Shown: positions 52,311-64,000 of the stretch, in pieces | How positions within the stretch are numbered: position 1 is the stretch's first letter | Layout of the letters: each line of letters starts with the position of its first letter | Source: Camelus ferus | Taxonomy: Eukaryota | Assembly (NCBI RefSeq): GCF_009834535.1 | Contig: NC_045697.1 | Coordinates: 94,180,001 to 94,244,000 of the forward strand | Reading direction: 5' to 3' | Length of the DNA: 64,000 nucleotides | Translations under genes and position numbers: made by a program | Notes under the pieces: model-generated | What the model saw: only the letters and a program-made list of their open reading frames with translations | Told to the model about the DNA's origin: nothing | Database searches by the model: none

Positions 52311-53929
52311 TTATATATATATATATTAATATAATGTTATATATAACATTTAATGTTACAAACAGAATAATGTTTTACTATTATTTATGACTTTATATAT
52401 ATGATACATTATTTAAGATAAAGATAAAAGATAATATTTCAGAATGATGAGAATAGATTATAACATAACAAATTGATAAAATTTCAATTTATATTCTTCT
52501 TATCCCTTACTCTTTGTCTCCTACCTGTACTCAAAAATTTTTGCAAGTGTTTGGAGAGCTTCTTGGTAGCAACTAATGAGATAGTGAATTATTTGGTTAT
52601 TTTAATCTATGTTTTTAGAAGGAAATAAATTCTCTCTGGATTTAAGATAATATAAAAATCAAAATCGATAGAGAAGATTACTAGTCTAAAATTGGTTTTG
52701 AAAGTTCTCACATGGATCAGGAGGGCCAGGGCAGTGAATTGAGTCTCCTCTCCTTAATGGGTTTTCCCTTATATTATTTAAAGTACTCAAAAAGAATTAA
52801 TCTTTGTTGTGAAGAACATTAAAGAAATGGATCAATTTTTCCCTCAAAGGAGTTTTCAAAAAACTCATGACCTTTGCCTTTTTGATTGTTCAAAATCCTA
52901 AGATATCTTTGTGTGTCTCTTGAGGTTTCTTTTTTCCTTCTTCCTTTTCAATATTTGCATTAGGCATTGAATTTTGCCTGGGGCAAGAACCTAGTACAGG
53001 AGGAATAGAAATGTTTTAAAAGCAACAGAATCTAATATGAACTTTTAATCTAACATTTAAATGACTATTTTGTTCTTTCTTAAACAAATATGAATCCAGG
53101 TAGGAAATCTGGAGAACTAAGAATTGCAAGAATTAAACTTCTATAAATACTTCAGGAATGTTTCTCTATATTCAGGTCTCTGTCCATAATAATTACTTTC
53201 CCTGTTTTCCTGAAGATTTTTTTCCCTCAGTTTTCCTCTATTTAACTAAGGAAATACATGGACATTTTCACAGATGATAGTGACATACTCCTGCCCGTTA
53301 TCACTTTGCTAGCACTCATGAAAAGATATCTTATTTCATTAAATCACCTGTCTAGGTGACTTTTCTATATTAAGGGAAAAAAATGTCTAGTTAATAGAAA
53401 CTTGGACAAACTTATCTACCCTACTTTTAGAAAGATCACTAAGGAATTTATTCTCAGATCGGATTACTAATTGTAATTGAAAAGGTGGTCTCAATTGGAT
53501 TAGGGTCTCCAGTATTATGTTTTTTTCCCACATACCTTGTGCCAGAGTGGAGAGTTTTGAGATAATCAAGTACAATTTGAAAAATCATCGGACACATGGA
53601 GTTAACAGAGATCTTAACCATAATTTTGAGTGATTCCTGTTTTCATTAGAGATAAATTTTAAAAGAGATAAAGTTATTAACAAGATATAGCTCTTCTGTT
53701 CAAAAATTATCTTTGAAATATTGTATTTTCACCCTTCCTACTTTAAAAAAATCATTGCAAATCTGCTGATGTGGAAATAGCAAAATTATGTTAATTTTAC
53801 TTAAAATTCAATTTTCTAGTCCATTTGTTCCAGGAATTATTACTCTACCCATGGCACAACACTGCAGAACTGTATGACTCAAAAGTCAGAATAGATTTTT
53901 GAAATTTGTTAAATTTCCCTCTTTCTTGA

Positions 53930-54074
53930 AAAAAACACACATAATATTCCATTATCATCATCTTGAAGTCTTTAAGATCTGTAGTGATGTCCACTTTCAT
54001 TCTTGATATTTGTCATTTGTGTCTTCTTGTATTTTCTTGAACAGTTTGGCCAGAAGCTTATCAACTGTATCAGT
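53930..54074 (-). mobile_element. Old L1 ORF2 fragment
   Basis: gatctgtagtgatgtccactttcattcttgatatttgtcatttgtgtcttc...ttggccagaagcttatcaa. Confidence 0.75.
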
Positions 54075-54494
54075 TGTGTCAGTTTGATTCCTCCTAAAAG
54101 CAAAGACCAAGGTGGGATTTATTGTGCAAAAGAGTTCCTGTGGAAATATCCATGAAGTACAAAAGATGAGGAGGGAACAGAAATCAGCTGTGAAAACCTC
54201 CAGATCATAATGCAGCTCTGATGACTGTGAAAAGAGAAAGAAAAGGAAGGATTGGTTGGAAAGACCTTCTGACAAAGTACAGTTCTGAGAAAGCTTTGAC
54301 CATGACAATGGGTTTCTGAATTAGAGAAATCTCGCATTAGGTAGGAATGGGCCAGGACTGGTATCTTGTCTTGTCTTTAACTGAGAGTGATTCTTGAGTG
54401 AATGTCAACTGTGGTAAGGCCACCAGTCAGTTACACTCTCCACATTAGTTTTTCTTGAACGGGATTTGAGCAGAACACTTTCATGGATGCCACA
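54075..54494 (-). mobile_element. ERVL 3' LTR (LTR16-like)
   Basis: TG...CA ends; directly adjoins ERVL internal sequence. Confidence 0.8.
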
Positions 54495-55642
54495 GTCTAC
54501 AGCTTACACCGAAGAGAAGCACTTACCCAGGCAGATTCTGGGAGCAGCTCTTGCGTGAATCCTGTGAGTCTCTCTTCCTGAGGAGAAATTGAGCAGAGTG
54601 ACGTTGGTAGGATGAATTACAGCCCCTATGGCAGTTGATCTTGGGGCACAACTGGTACTTCATTTACTTCTTCCCATTGTATTCTAAGCTCCCCTCATGT
54701 TCATCCATCACATTGGCCGGTCTTCATGATTCCTTGATGGCATGACTCTGATGCCTGTTCCTAAGTGATCTGAGCCCTTGGTGGTCATACTGCCTCCTCA
54801 GACCAGCTTGCTGCACTTGTCCGTTCACTATTATAAACAGGCAAGGCAAAACCAAGAGCTGCCCATATAGATAACTTGTGTTCCATCTCTCTCCTAGTCA
54901 CCATTGTGCAAAACTCACACAACCTCCTGTTGATCAGGGCCAATTATCCCTTCCAAGATAGTGACACTTTTCTCAAACTAGAAAGTCCAAACTATCCTGC
55001 AGTAGTGGTATCTTTCAGGTTAATGAAATCCTTGTAGTATTCTCTAGAAAGAGTGTGTATTCTTTGTGGACTAAAATTTCCAACCCCAGAGTTTTGGTAC
55101 AAGAAGCAAAATATCCAACTGAGTTATTGACTGACAGCAAATGGGTCCACTCTTGTTTCCACTGATTAGTATTTGATTCCATGTCTTCTTCCTATTGGAG
55201 AAATAGTTCCATATAGATTTAACATATATACTGCATCCTGAAGAATGATACACATCCTCTCAGGGCATTGCTTCTATGTTGTTGCTTCAGCTGTACCTTC
55301 ATTAGGCTATTCCAGCCCTCTGTGGGAACAATTGCTTCTGTGAAGCCCATGGTCATGGGCCTATTTTCACACCTCCTTATCTGTAAACAAGGTTCTTTAT
55401 TGGGTGCTATGTTATATGGGACCCCACACTTGTGGATCAAGCATTTTGTAAACATTCGTATGTTGGTTCTTGCTGAGGTTCTGCAGACAGATTGGAAAAT
55501 CTATACCCAGAGTAGCTATCTTTCCCTGTGAGAAAAAAAATACTGAATCTTCTAGAATGAAAGAGTGCCAATTTAGTTAATTTACCACTAATGGATTTGT
55601 TGATCTCCTTGAGAAATAGAGCTACGTCCCAGGACTCAGTGC
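54495..55642 (-). mobile_element. ERVL internal remnant: integrase core and dUTPase
   Basis: ORF 55219-55455(-) FTKCLIHKCGVPYNIA...EGWNSLMKVQL resembles ERVL integrase (LTECLIHRHGIPHSIA...ERWNGLLKTQL). 54901-54965(-) reads VTILEGIIGPDQQEVV*VLHNG, resembling dUTPase motif III (GVIDPDY...LHN). Confidence 0.85.
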
Positions 55643-56022
55643 TAAGCATCACTAATTGTCAGAGAGGTGCAAATCAAAACCGCAGTGAGATACCTCCTCA
55701 CCTGTCAGAATGGCCATCATCAAAAAGAATACAAGTGACAAATCTTGACATGATGTGGAGAAAAGGGAACCCTCCTACACCATTGATGGGAATGTAAATT
55801 GGTGCAGCCACTGTGGAAAACAGTACAGAGATTTCTCAAAAAACTAAAACTAGAACCACTATATGACCCAGCAATTCCACTCCTGAGTATATATCTGAAG
55901 AAAACAAAAACACTAATTTGAAAAGATACATGCACCCCAGTGTTCACAGTGGCATTATTTACAATTGCCAAGATATGGAAGCAACCTAAGCGTTCATCAA
56001 CAGATGAGTGGATAAAGAAGAT

Positions 56023-56059
<37 letters not shown>

Positions 56060-56518
56060 GGAATACTACTCAGCCATAAAAAAGAATAAAATTTTGCCAT
56101 CTGCAGCAACATAGATGGACTTGGTGGGTATTATGCTAAGTGAAGTAAGTCAGACAGGGAAGGACAAATACTGTATGATATAACTTATACTTAGAATCTG
56201 AAAAATGCAACAAATTAGTGAATATAACAAAAAAGAAGCAGATTCACAGATGCAGAGAACAAACTAATGATTACCAGTGGGTAGAGGAAAGTAGGGAGGG
56301 ACAACTTAGGGGTAGAGGATTAAGAGGTACTAAATATTATGTACAAAATAAGCTACAAGGATATATTATACAACATGGTGAATATAGCCAATGTTTTCTA
56401 GTAACTATAAATAAAGTATGTAACCTTAAAAATTGTGAACACTATATTGTAGACCTATAAATTATATAATTGTATACCAACTATACCTCAATAAAATTTT
56501 TAATAAAAAGATTGAAAA
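55643..56518 (+). mobile_element. 5'-truncated L1 (L1MA9-like), ORF2 end and 3'UTR
   Basis: gcaaatcaaaaccgcagtgagatacc...atatgacccagcaattccactcctg...tatacctcaataaaa. Confidence 0.93.
56025..56056. repeat. (AC)16 microsatellite within L1
   Basis: Seen directly. Confidence 0.97.
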
Positions 56519-56519
56519 A

Positions 56520-57830
56520 ATTCTATATATCATTGAGAATTTATTCATTCCTTTCTTTTATTTTGTCAATTTTTCTTCGTGTATTTTGAAATTCTGTTAT
56601 AGGAACATACACACTTATGACTCTTATCTCATGAAATGTGCTTCTATCATCATGAACTACCTTTCCCTTATTAAATCTGGCAATACTTTCTGTTTTGACT
56701 CTATTTTATCTTATATTAATATTACCATATCAACTGTATTATAATTACTATGTTTTATTTTTCTCCATTCATTTGCTTTTAGCCTATCTGTGTCTTTACA
56801 TTTAAAGTGCATCTCTTGTAGAACATATATTTGGGTGTTGTTTTGTTTGTGTTTTTCTTTATTATTAATCTATTCTGACAATTTATTTCTTTTAGTTATA
56901 GTTTTTAACGTAATTATTCATGTAGTTAAATTTAAATCTAGCATTTTATGTCTGTTTCTTTTCTTTAACTTTATGATTTCTACTGACCTATATTCTATGT
57001 CATTCACTAATTTCTCTATCAATTCCATGGAGAGATTATATCCAGTAATTTTTTTAATTTTGAAATTTGCACTTTCAGTTTCTAGAATTTGCAGTTGACT
57101 AGTTTTACCATTTCTTTTTCTCTACTGATACTTCCTATCTTTCTCATCATTGTAAATATATTTTGTTTGGCTTCAGTGAGGAGAGTTATAATAATCCCTT
57201 TACAATCCTGGATTGCTAGTATCAACATAATCATGTCAAATTTGATCTCGATTGATTTCTTTTCTCTTGAGAATGTGTTCCACCTTAAAAGTTCTTCTAA
57301 CATCAGTATATTTGGAGTTTTATCCTGGACATCATGAATATTACAGAGTGTGGAGATTTTTATTTTGTCATTTTTTTTCAGTGTGTGTTGTTTCTTTTCC
57401 TTTAGTGGGCAATTATCTCAGCAGAACTTGATCTATAAACTCTGTTTCTTATGTTACAACTCTGGATGCAGTTGTGTTATTTTGTCTTTAGCAGAGTTAA
57501 TTTAAATCTGTTCATTCATTCCTGGTGCAGGAGTCAGAAATTTTATTAGACAAAATTTAGGTATCTCCTTCCTGGATCTTTTTTTCTCTAAAATTTAACA
57601 CTTCCTTCCAGCAGCCATAGTTTTCCTACCTTAAGTTTTCTGGTTCCCTCGAGAAAGATTATTATTTTATCTACCTTTACCCTGTCTCATCTCTCACATT
57701 TTCAACTGCGCTCAGTCCCAGACCAACAGGCACAAGAAAAGGAATCCCCTTTACATAGTAACCCTTTCCTCCTCTGAATACATACACCCATCAAAGACCG
57801 TGTGAATATATCCACCTATTAGCAATATCA
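56520..57830 (-). mobile_element. Old L1 (endonuclease region through ORF1/5' fragments)
   Basis: gtattttgaaattctgttataggaacatacacacttatgact...ttttcagtttctagaattt-type antisense L1 text. Confidence 0.7.
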
Positions 57831-60800
57831 GATGGGTGCTTTTTGTACTACATTCAGATTAGAATATAAACCTATCATTGTCAGAAGTAGAAATTAGAAA
57901 AACAAATGCAACAAAACACATTGCTAATCAACATTACATTTTAATATAGTATATCAATTAATACAGAATAAGCTAAAATATCTAATATTATTTATGAATC
58001 AAAAATAAAATTTCAGACCTATATATCTAAAACAAAGCTAAAAATCTAAACCTTAAAATCACAGAATACAGGAAGTTTGACCTTGTTTTGGCTTTGTGTG
58101 TCTATATGAAAAAAAATCATTTCTTATCATTGTATTACAAACTGTCATCTTTTAAGAAGGTGCCTTATTTAAAATTACTTAAAGCATACACACATATTCT
58201 CATAGAGAGGAATGGAATGACGATTTTCTCTAAAAGACAACATCAGTGTGAATCTAAGAATAATTTTAAGAGAAAGATAAGGCTTAAAATAAATTTTTGA
58301 TACACCAGAAATATTTTAATAGTGTACATCCCAATATCAAAGCAGTTAGACATTGACTTATTTTACTACTTTCAGGGAGGAGGCATTTGCTTTCTAGAGC
58401 ACAATGTTTGATGTCTGATATATCATTCTTGTAAACTATCAGGTTTACTGTTGTAACATTTACAAATCTTACATTCTGACCTTATAAGCTAACTTAGATT
58501 TTTGTCGAGAAGCCTATAGAATAAATGTTAAGTATGGGTTTATGCAAATATACACAGTAGTTGGCAAATCAAATGTTAAAACGATGCTTTGAGGGCAGAA
58601 AAAGACAAAATTAAAGAAATATTATAAAAATTAATCAAACTTATATGGTCCAATATATTTAGTTTTGTTATTTTTTTCTGGGAAAATCTGTGAATTATCA
58701 TCATGTGAATAAATATAGATAACTAATTAATATCTGTAAAGTCAATACATCAGAATACTTGATTTTATTAAGTTTGTGCTCAGATTTTAAATGAAGAAAG
58801 TCTATCCTTCAATAACCACATTACCTTCTGTTTTATGTTTAAAGAAATAAAGCAATGAGGTAATATTTCAGAATGTTAACTTCCTTGCAGTAATTCAGTA
58901 CATCAAGCAAATATCAAAGCTAAGGACAATTTTCACAGCAACATTCTACATTGGAACTTGGAAGAGGGATAATGTTCAGAAAATTTTATATACTTTTTCA
59001 TCATCAGTTTCACAGAAAAAAAGTTTAATACTGATAAAATGGAAGAAATACATATCAAAGAGAAAAATAAAATCTTTTGCATTCCTAAATACATTTTGAT
59101 ATTATGAGTATAAACAATTATGTAGTGATACCAATAAAAGTATTTAAAACTTTTGAAACTTTTGGTGCCCAAAGAAAAAGTTTCATTTATTCCCTTTAAA
59201 TGTTCATCTGAGTTTTTTCAGTTGAAAATCCATTGATAGTTGGATATTTTGTTACAGGGCAACTCCAAACAGGAGAAAAAGGAAGAGGACATTTGACTGT
59301 ATTGGAGATATATTTTAGATATGCTGAAATGAAATTCCTCATATGTCATTGGTACCAACTCCTCTGAAAAACTTATATTCCAATTTTTAAAAAGGTGTTA
59401 TGGCTTTTACTGACTAACTTGAATTTTCATTTTATCATAACGGAAGCTAACACCCACAATATCACCAACAGTAATATGGGAACATCACTATCTTAATATG
59501 TAAACATCAGTGTTTTTCTCATCAGAGGGATACCAGAGTAGCAGACATGCTTCAGTGGAATAAAGGTAAAGTATCAAGACAAAGAGTGGTTTATTCTATG
59601 AATTAGGGTCTAGAGGCTTCTATCTGAGCTCAAAATGAACCTTCAATTCTTGGCAGACAATCTGGTGGGAAAACAGTTTTACACAGAAAGTAGTATTATT
59701 TGCTAGATTCCTGATTTTTCCATGTATGAGAGTAACAGACCTTTCTCTTATAATATGCTGACAGTATATATAATCTGATAATATTTCATTTCCTTCATAA
59801 CTAAATTGAGCAACAGAATATTCTACACTGAAAAAATAGAATTATTCCGATCTTTTGTTAAGTAGTTTAATGGTACTAAAATTGAATTAATTTAAAAAAT
59901 ACATTTGCTTTCCAGTACTGAAAAGTATGGGAGAAAGTTGCTTTCTGTAAAAGAAAAGCCATTACTCTTAAATTATTTTTATTTTGTCAACTACTATCTA
60001 TAGCTAATTTTTCCAACAGTTCTTAACTCTGAGAAGAACTAGTCACTGTTTGAATTAAGAATGCTGACAAATGCTCTCAACAGCAGTGCAAGTTAATAAG
60101 TCATTTCTTGCTGAAGTAGACCATGTAAGGCTTAAAATCTTGTCTTTTGGATGATACATTATCATAAGGTCATATTCACCCTTTTAAAAGATTGATGATG
60201 CTACTCTGGAAGACACTAGTGGAGTTAGGTTTAGTTTTATAGCCAAACATTCTGATGTGACTTTCACCCAATCAAACACAGACACATAGAGAAATGACTT
60301 AGAAATTATATAATAGAAAGACATTTCAAATTTGTGACCTAAAACAGTCACTGCAATGCTACTTGTATCATATTTCATGTAAAGGAGTTATATGTAAAAT
60401 CAGTTGGCTCTCCAAAAATCATAAATGTATCAAGGATATAATATTCTGATCTATGTTATTCAATTAAGCTTAGCAAGGACTACCTTTCCATTCTCATGAC
60501 AAAGTAAATCAAGTAAATGGTTTGTAGGAGTGCCTGCTCGGTCAGTCTCCTGGTACAAGTTTATTTGAATCTTTGTTAGGTTTAGAGAGCTCCTTTAGTT
60601 GAAAATGTACCTTCCATAATCATGAACTAATCAACACCCTTCTCATTGCTATATTTTTAAGTTTTGAAAGAGGTTATCTAGAAAATAAATAAATATCACT
60701 TTAAATAATCATGATAGACATTCTACTATGCAGAGGTATTAATAAGTGAAAGGCTGAGATAACATTTTACTATTAAAATAGCTCACCTTTTCTGCAACTT

Positions 60801-61369
60801 TAATATATTCTTTTTCTTCTTGCCATGATTGAAGTTGGCAGTATTAAGACCAATTGTGCATAGGGCCAGTTGAATTAGTGACAAGAGGCAATTAGATTTG
60901 ACCAGATCAACTGAGAATTCTCATAGATTTTTGTCAGTTTATAATAGTAAATAAACCTGTGTGAGCATTCAAAGGAAAATGTTGACATAAGAAAAATATT
61001 TACATTTTAATATGCTGGAAATTCCGAATGATATTATTCAAGCCTTGTTTCATCTTTTATATTTCTTTTTGCATGGGAGACTGAAAAAGTTTCACAAACG
61101 AAAAATGCTTGTTTGTGTATCATGGAAATGGGAACTAGTGATTTCAAACTCTGCTATGGCATTGATGTGCTGTTGGCTGGCCTGACCCTGTAGAATTTAT
61201 TTTATAAATGTGAAAATAAATTGATGGAGAAACACAAATACTGTAAATTTATGAACTGGTTTTTTTTCATGTACCTTCCCAAATTCCACAGCTTTTTATA
61301 CATGAAGGGAACACTAGAGTATTTTTCTAATATAAATTTTTGAATGAGCAGATTGTAAAAAGTTCTTGA

Positions 61370-62060
61370 TGCCTCTTTTTTTTTTTTTCTCCAACTCTGT
61401 GCCTAACCCATCAGCTAGTTCTGTTCTACTTTTAAAATATATCTCAGACAAAACTGTTACACTACCTTCACCATTAACACCAAGTCAAAGCCACCACCAA
61501 CTCTTGCCAGGACAGACACCTCAATGCTCACCAACTGGTATTCTGGCTGTTTCCCAACCTCACCCTTTAAATGAAAACAGAATTATGTCACCCTTTAACG
61601 GCACTTTTAGATTAGGATTCAAAGTTCTTACTCTGTCCTGTGAATTCTATAAACTGAATCCTGGGTCATCTTAGGTTTTCCTTCTTACCAATTTCCCTTT
61701 CTGCTCCTTTGATTTTTGGGTACACCTGCCCCCTCTATGTTTCACAAACACATCAAGTACACTCCTGCATCCAGGCCTCACACTTCCTGCTCCCTTTGCC
61801 TGCTTCCTTCTTCATACTGTTTTTGGCTCAATCACCATCTCTCCTCAAAGCCTTCCTGGACCTGTTACCTAAGACGTCAATCCCCATCACTGTTTTTTAA
61901 GCTGTACATGATATCCCTCTATGTGTATATATTTACTTATCTGCTAATTTTCTGTCTTCTCCTTGACAATGGGAGTATTTTTATTCTCCTGTTTCCCCAG
62001 AATACGGACAATGTCTGGCACACAGTGAATTCTCACTAAAAGTTGGTGGACTGAGTGAAC
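61370..62060 (+). mobile_element. L2 3' region
   Basis: ccaagtcaaagccacca...cactcctgcatccaggcct...caatgtctggcacacagtgaattctcactaaaagttggtggactgagtgaa. Confidence 0.82.
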
Positions 62061-62689
62061 ATGGTTGACCAAGATGAGAAATGGCTCAAAGACACCTGAA
62101 AATTGAAATATATCAAATAATACTGTGAATCATTTAAGTAGGGGTGAGCTTTCTAAGAGTGTAAGTCAGTAATAATTCAGAATATTATAGGGACTTCAAT
62201 TTTGATAGTATCTTGTTATTCATGCAAAATTTGAGCACAAAAATTTTTTAGCCAATGTGTTTAACTCTGAATTAAAAAGGTGCTGTCACAAAACTATGGA
62301 CTGCCACATTTTTTTAAACATGGTGAACTCAACATTATTCTGTTATACATTAGTGTAACTAGTACTTTTAATTATTTAATCCTTATAATCCATTGGTTAA
62401 GGGTTATATATTATTTCTTGTAGGTATGCAATGTGAAAATAAGTTGACTCACCAGTGTCTTATACCTGTCAGAATTCTGTAAGAATAAATACATGTAATT
62501 AAAAACAAATACCTAAGAAATTGTGGCCAAAATGCAAATTAAATAAACAGAAGTGTAAAAACAGTGTTACTATACATAATTATTAGATAACTCATTTCAT
62601 ATAATAAACTAAACTGCTTATTTTAATATGAATATTTCCTAGAAAAATAAAAGTAAAAATCTTATCAACTATTAATTAAATAACTTTTT

Positions 62690-62960
62690 TCCTTAGAGAT
62701 TTTATGCATATTTTTGGACAAAATTACCCCCAAAATTCTTTACATTTTTATAAAAAATTCAACATATGCTGAAAAACTAAAAGAAGAAAGTTCACTTTAT
62801 TGCTATACAGCTGTTTCATTATACATAAAACATTTACTATCTTGATAAAGAATTCGTATTCTATTGTTTTATGTAATACACTTAAGATAATCCTTGAATA
62901 TTCATTTTATGCATATATAGCAACAATTTCCAAATAATTTCATGAAAATCTAAACACTTG
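62690..62960 (-). mobile_element. L1ME-like 3' fragment
   Basis: ttttataaaaaattcaacatatgctgaaaaactaaaagaa...atagcaacaatttcc. Confidence 0.5.
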
Positions 62961-64000
62961 TGTTCCTTGAGTACTCTGAACACAGATTTTTAAAAATTGA
63001 GGATAAGAATTATTTGTAATCTCTAATTAGCACACACAATTAAACAAATATTGAAACTGCAGTTTTATACTAGAATACTGGTTGGTTCAAAAATGATCTG
63101 AAAAGCAAATCTAATCTGAGCAGCAGATTTTAAATGATCTGCAGTTCTGCTGCATTGCAAAGAATTATGAACACATTACACACTGAAGTCAAGAAATAAA
63201 TAACTGATTACCACCAACTATGTTTATGGAATGCCTGCTGAACCCGAAACATTGTGGGGAGTTATCAAAGAAGTTACTTATTCTCAGGAAGATTTAATAT
63301 TTCTTTTATATATTTTCTACATTCTCTTCAGAATGTAGATGTAAATTTAAAAATCTTATCTGGGTTATATTTTTAAATTTGAAATTAAATTTTATTTTTA
63401 CATATAAAGTATCTCAGACTTAGTGATCACGTACAGTGATTATACAGTATGACATGGGCAGTGCTAAGAATGCATAATGACTATTTTTAATCAGAATTTG
63501 AGATGCAGTTATTCAAGTAACTGTGTTAATGTGACAGATTTGGAGGTTCCCTATCTGTTGCTTTTCCACTACAGTGTTTGAACAGCCCATTTTTTTACAT
63601 GCCCAGAATGGAGAAATTTATTTTAAATTACTTACCTATTGGCCAGCTATGGAATCAGGGGTTTTTGATAAATTTGACTTATTGTTAGTTACTAATTATT
63701 AAACAATTTAGGTAATATTAATACAAGGTTAATTCTATGGACTGTACATATTTGGATTTTCCAAGTTAGACAATAAAACAATGGACATAAGGGGACATTG
63801 TCTATTGACTGCAAAGAGTCTCACCATTACATTTAACTTTAATAAATTTCCATGAATAGTAGAAATTAATGTTACATCCCACTTGTAATCAGCAAATAAA
63901 GGACCAGTCAAGATTATAATTAATACACATGTAAAAATCCAGGGATTTTTATTCTCATTACAAAATTGTTGGGAAAAACAAATACTTCTTATGAAAAAAA

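Noticed and set aside
1..64000. The many 60-130 aa ORFs in the six-frame track as genes
   Set aside because: They are short, often start at non-ATG codons, and are low-complexity or lie in repeats. The only recognisable ones are L1 ORF2, ERVL integrase and ABHD5 pseudogene remnants.
1..64000. Prokaryotic-type systems (CRISPR arrays, operons, defence islands)
   Set aside because: The sequence is mammalian and repeat-rich, with no regularly spaced repeat-spacer array or dense coding region.

Overview
Very AT-rich, CpG-poor mammalian genomic DNA with no intact protein-coding gene; it reads as a gene desert or the interior of a large intron. A tRNA-derived SINE of the camelid Vic-1 type (12161-12286) points to a camel, llama or alpaca. 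Much of the window is interspersed repeat: young and ancient LINE-1 pieces (several with target-site duplications), L2, MIR, MaLR/ERVL/ERV1 LTRs, an ERVL integrase+dUTPase remnant, hAT MITEs and microsatellites. The only recognisable gene-derived sequence is a decayed processed pseudogene of ABHD5/CGI-58 (~33685-34280, + strand). It carries an extra ~90-nt MIR-like segment at the exon 2/3 junction, which may be a fossil of an alternatively spliced ABHD5 mRNA. Other points of interest: a chimeric L1 insertion inside one TSD pair, an L1 sitting at a probable multi-kb deletion, a CTCF site with its upstream motif, a 41-bp direct repeat 1.2 kb apart, and several enhancer-like or exon-like non-repeat islands. 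Repeat family names and ABHD5 comparisons come from remembered consensus sequences, not from a search, and boundaries of old repeats are approximate.
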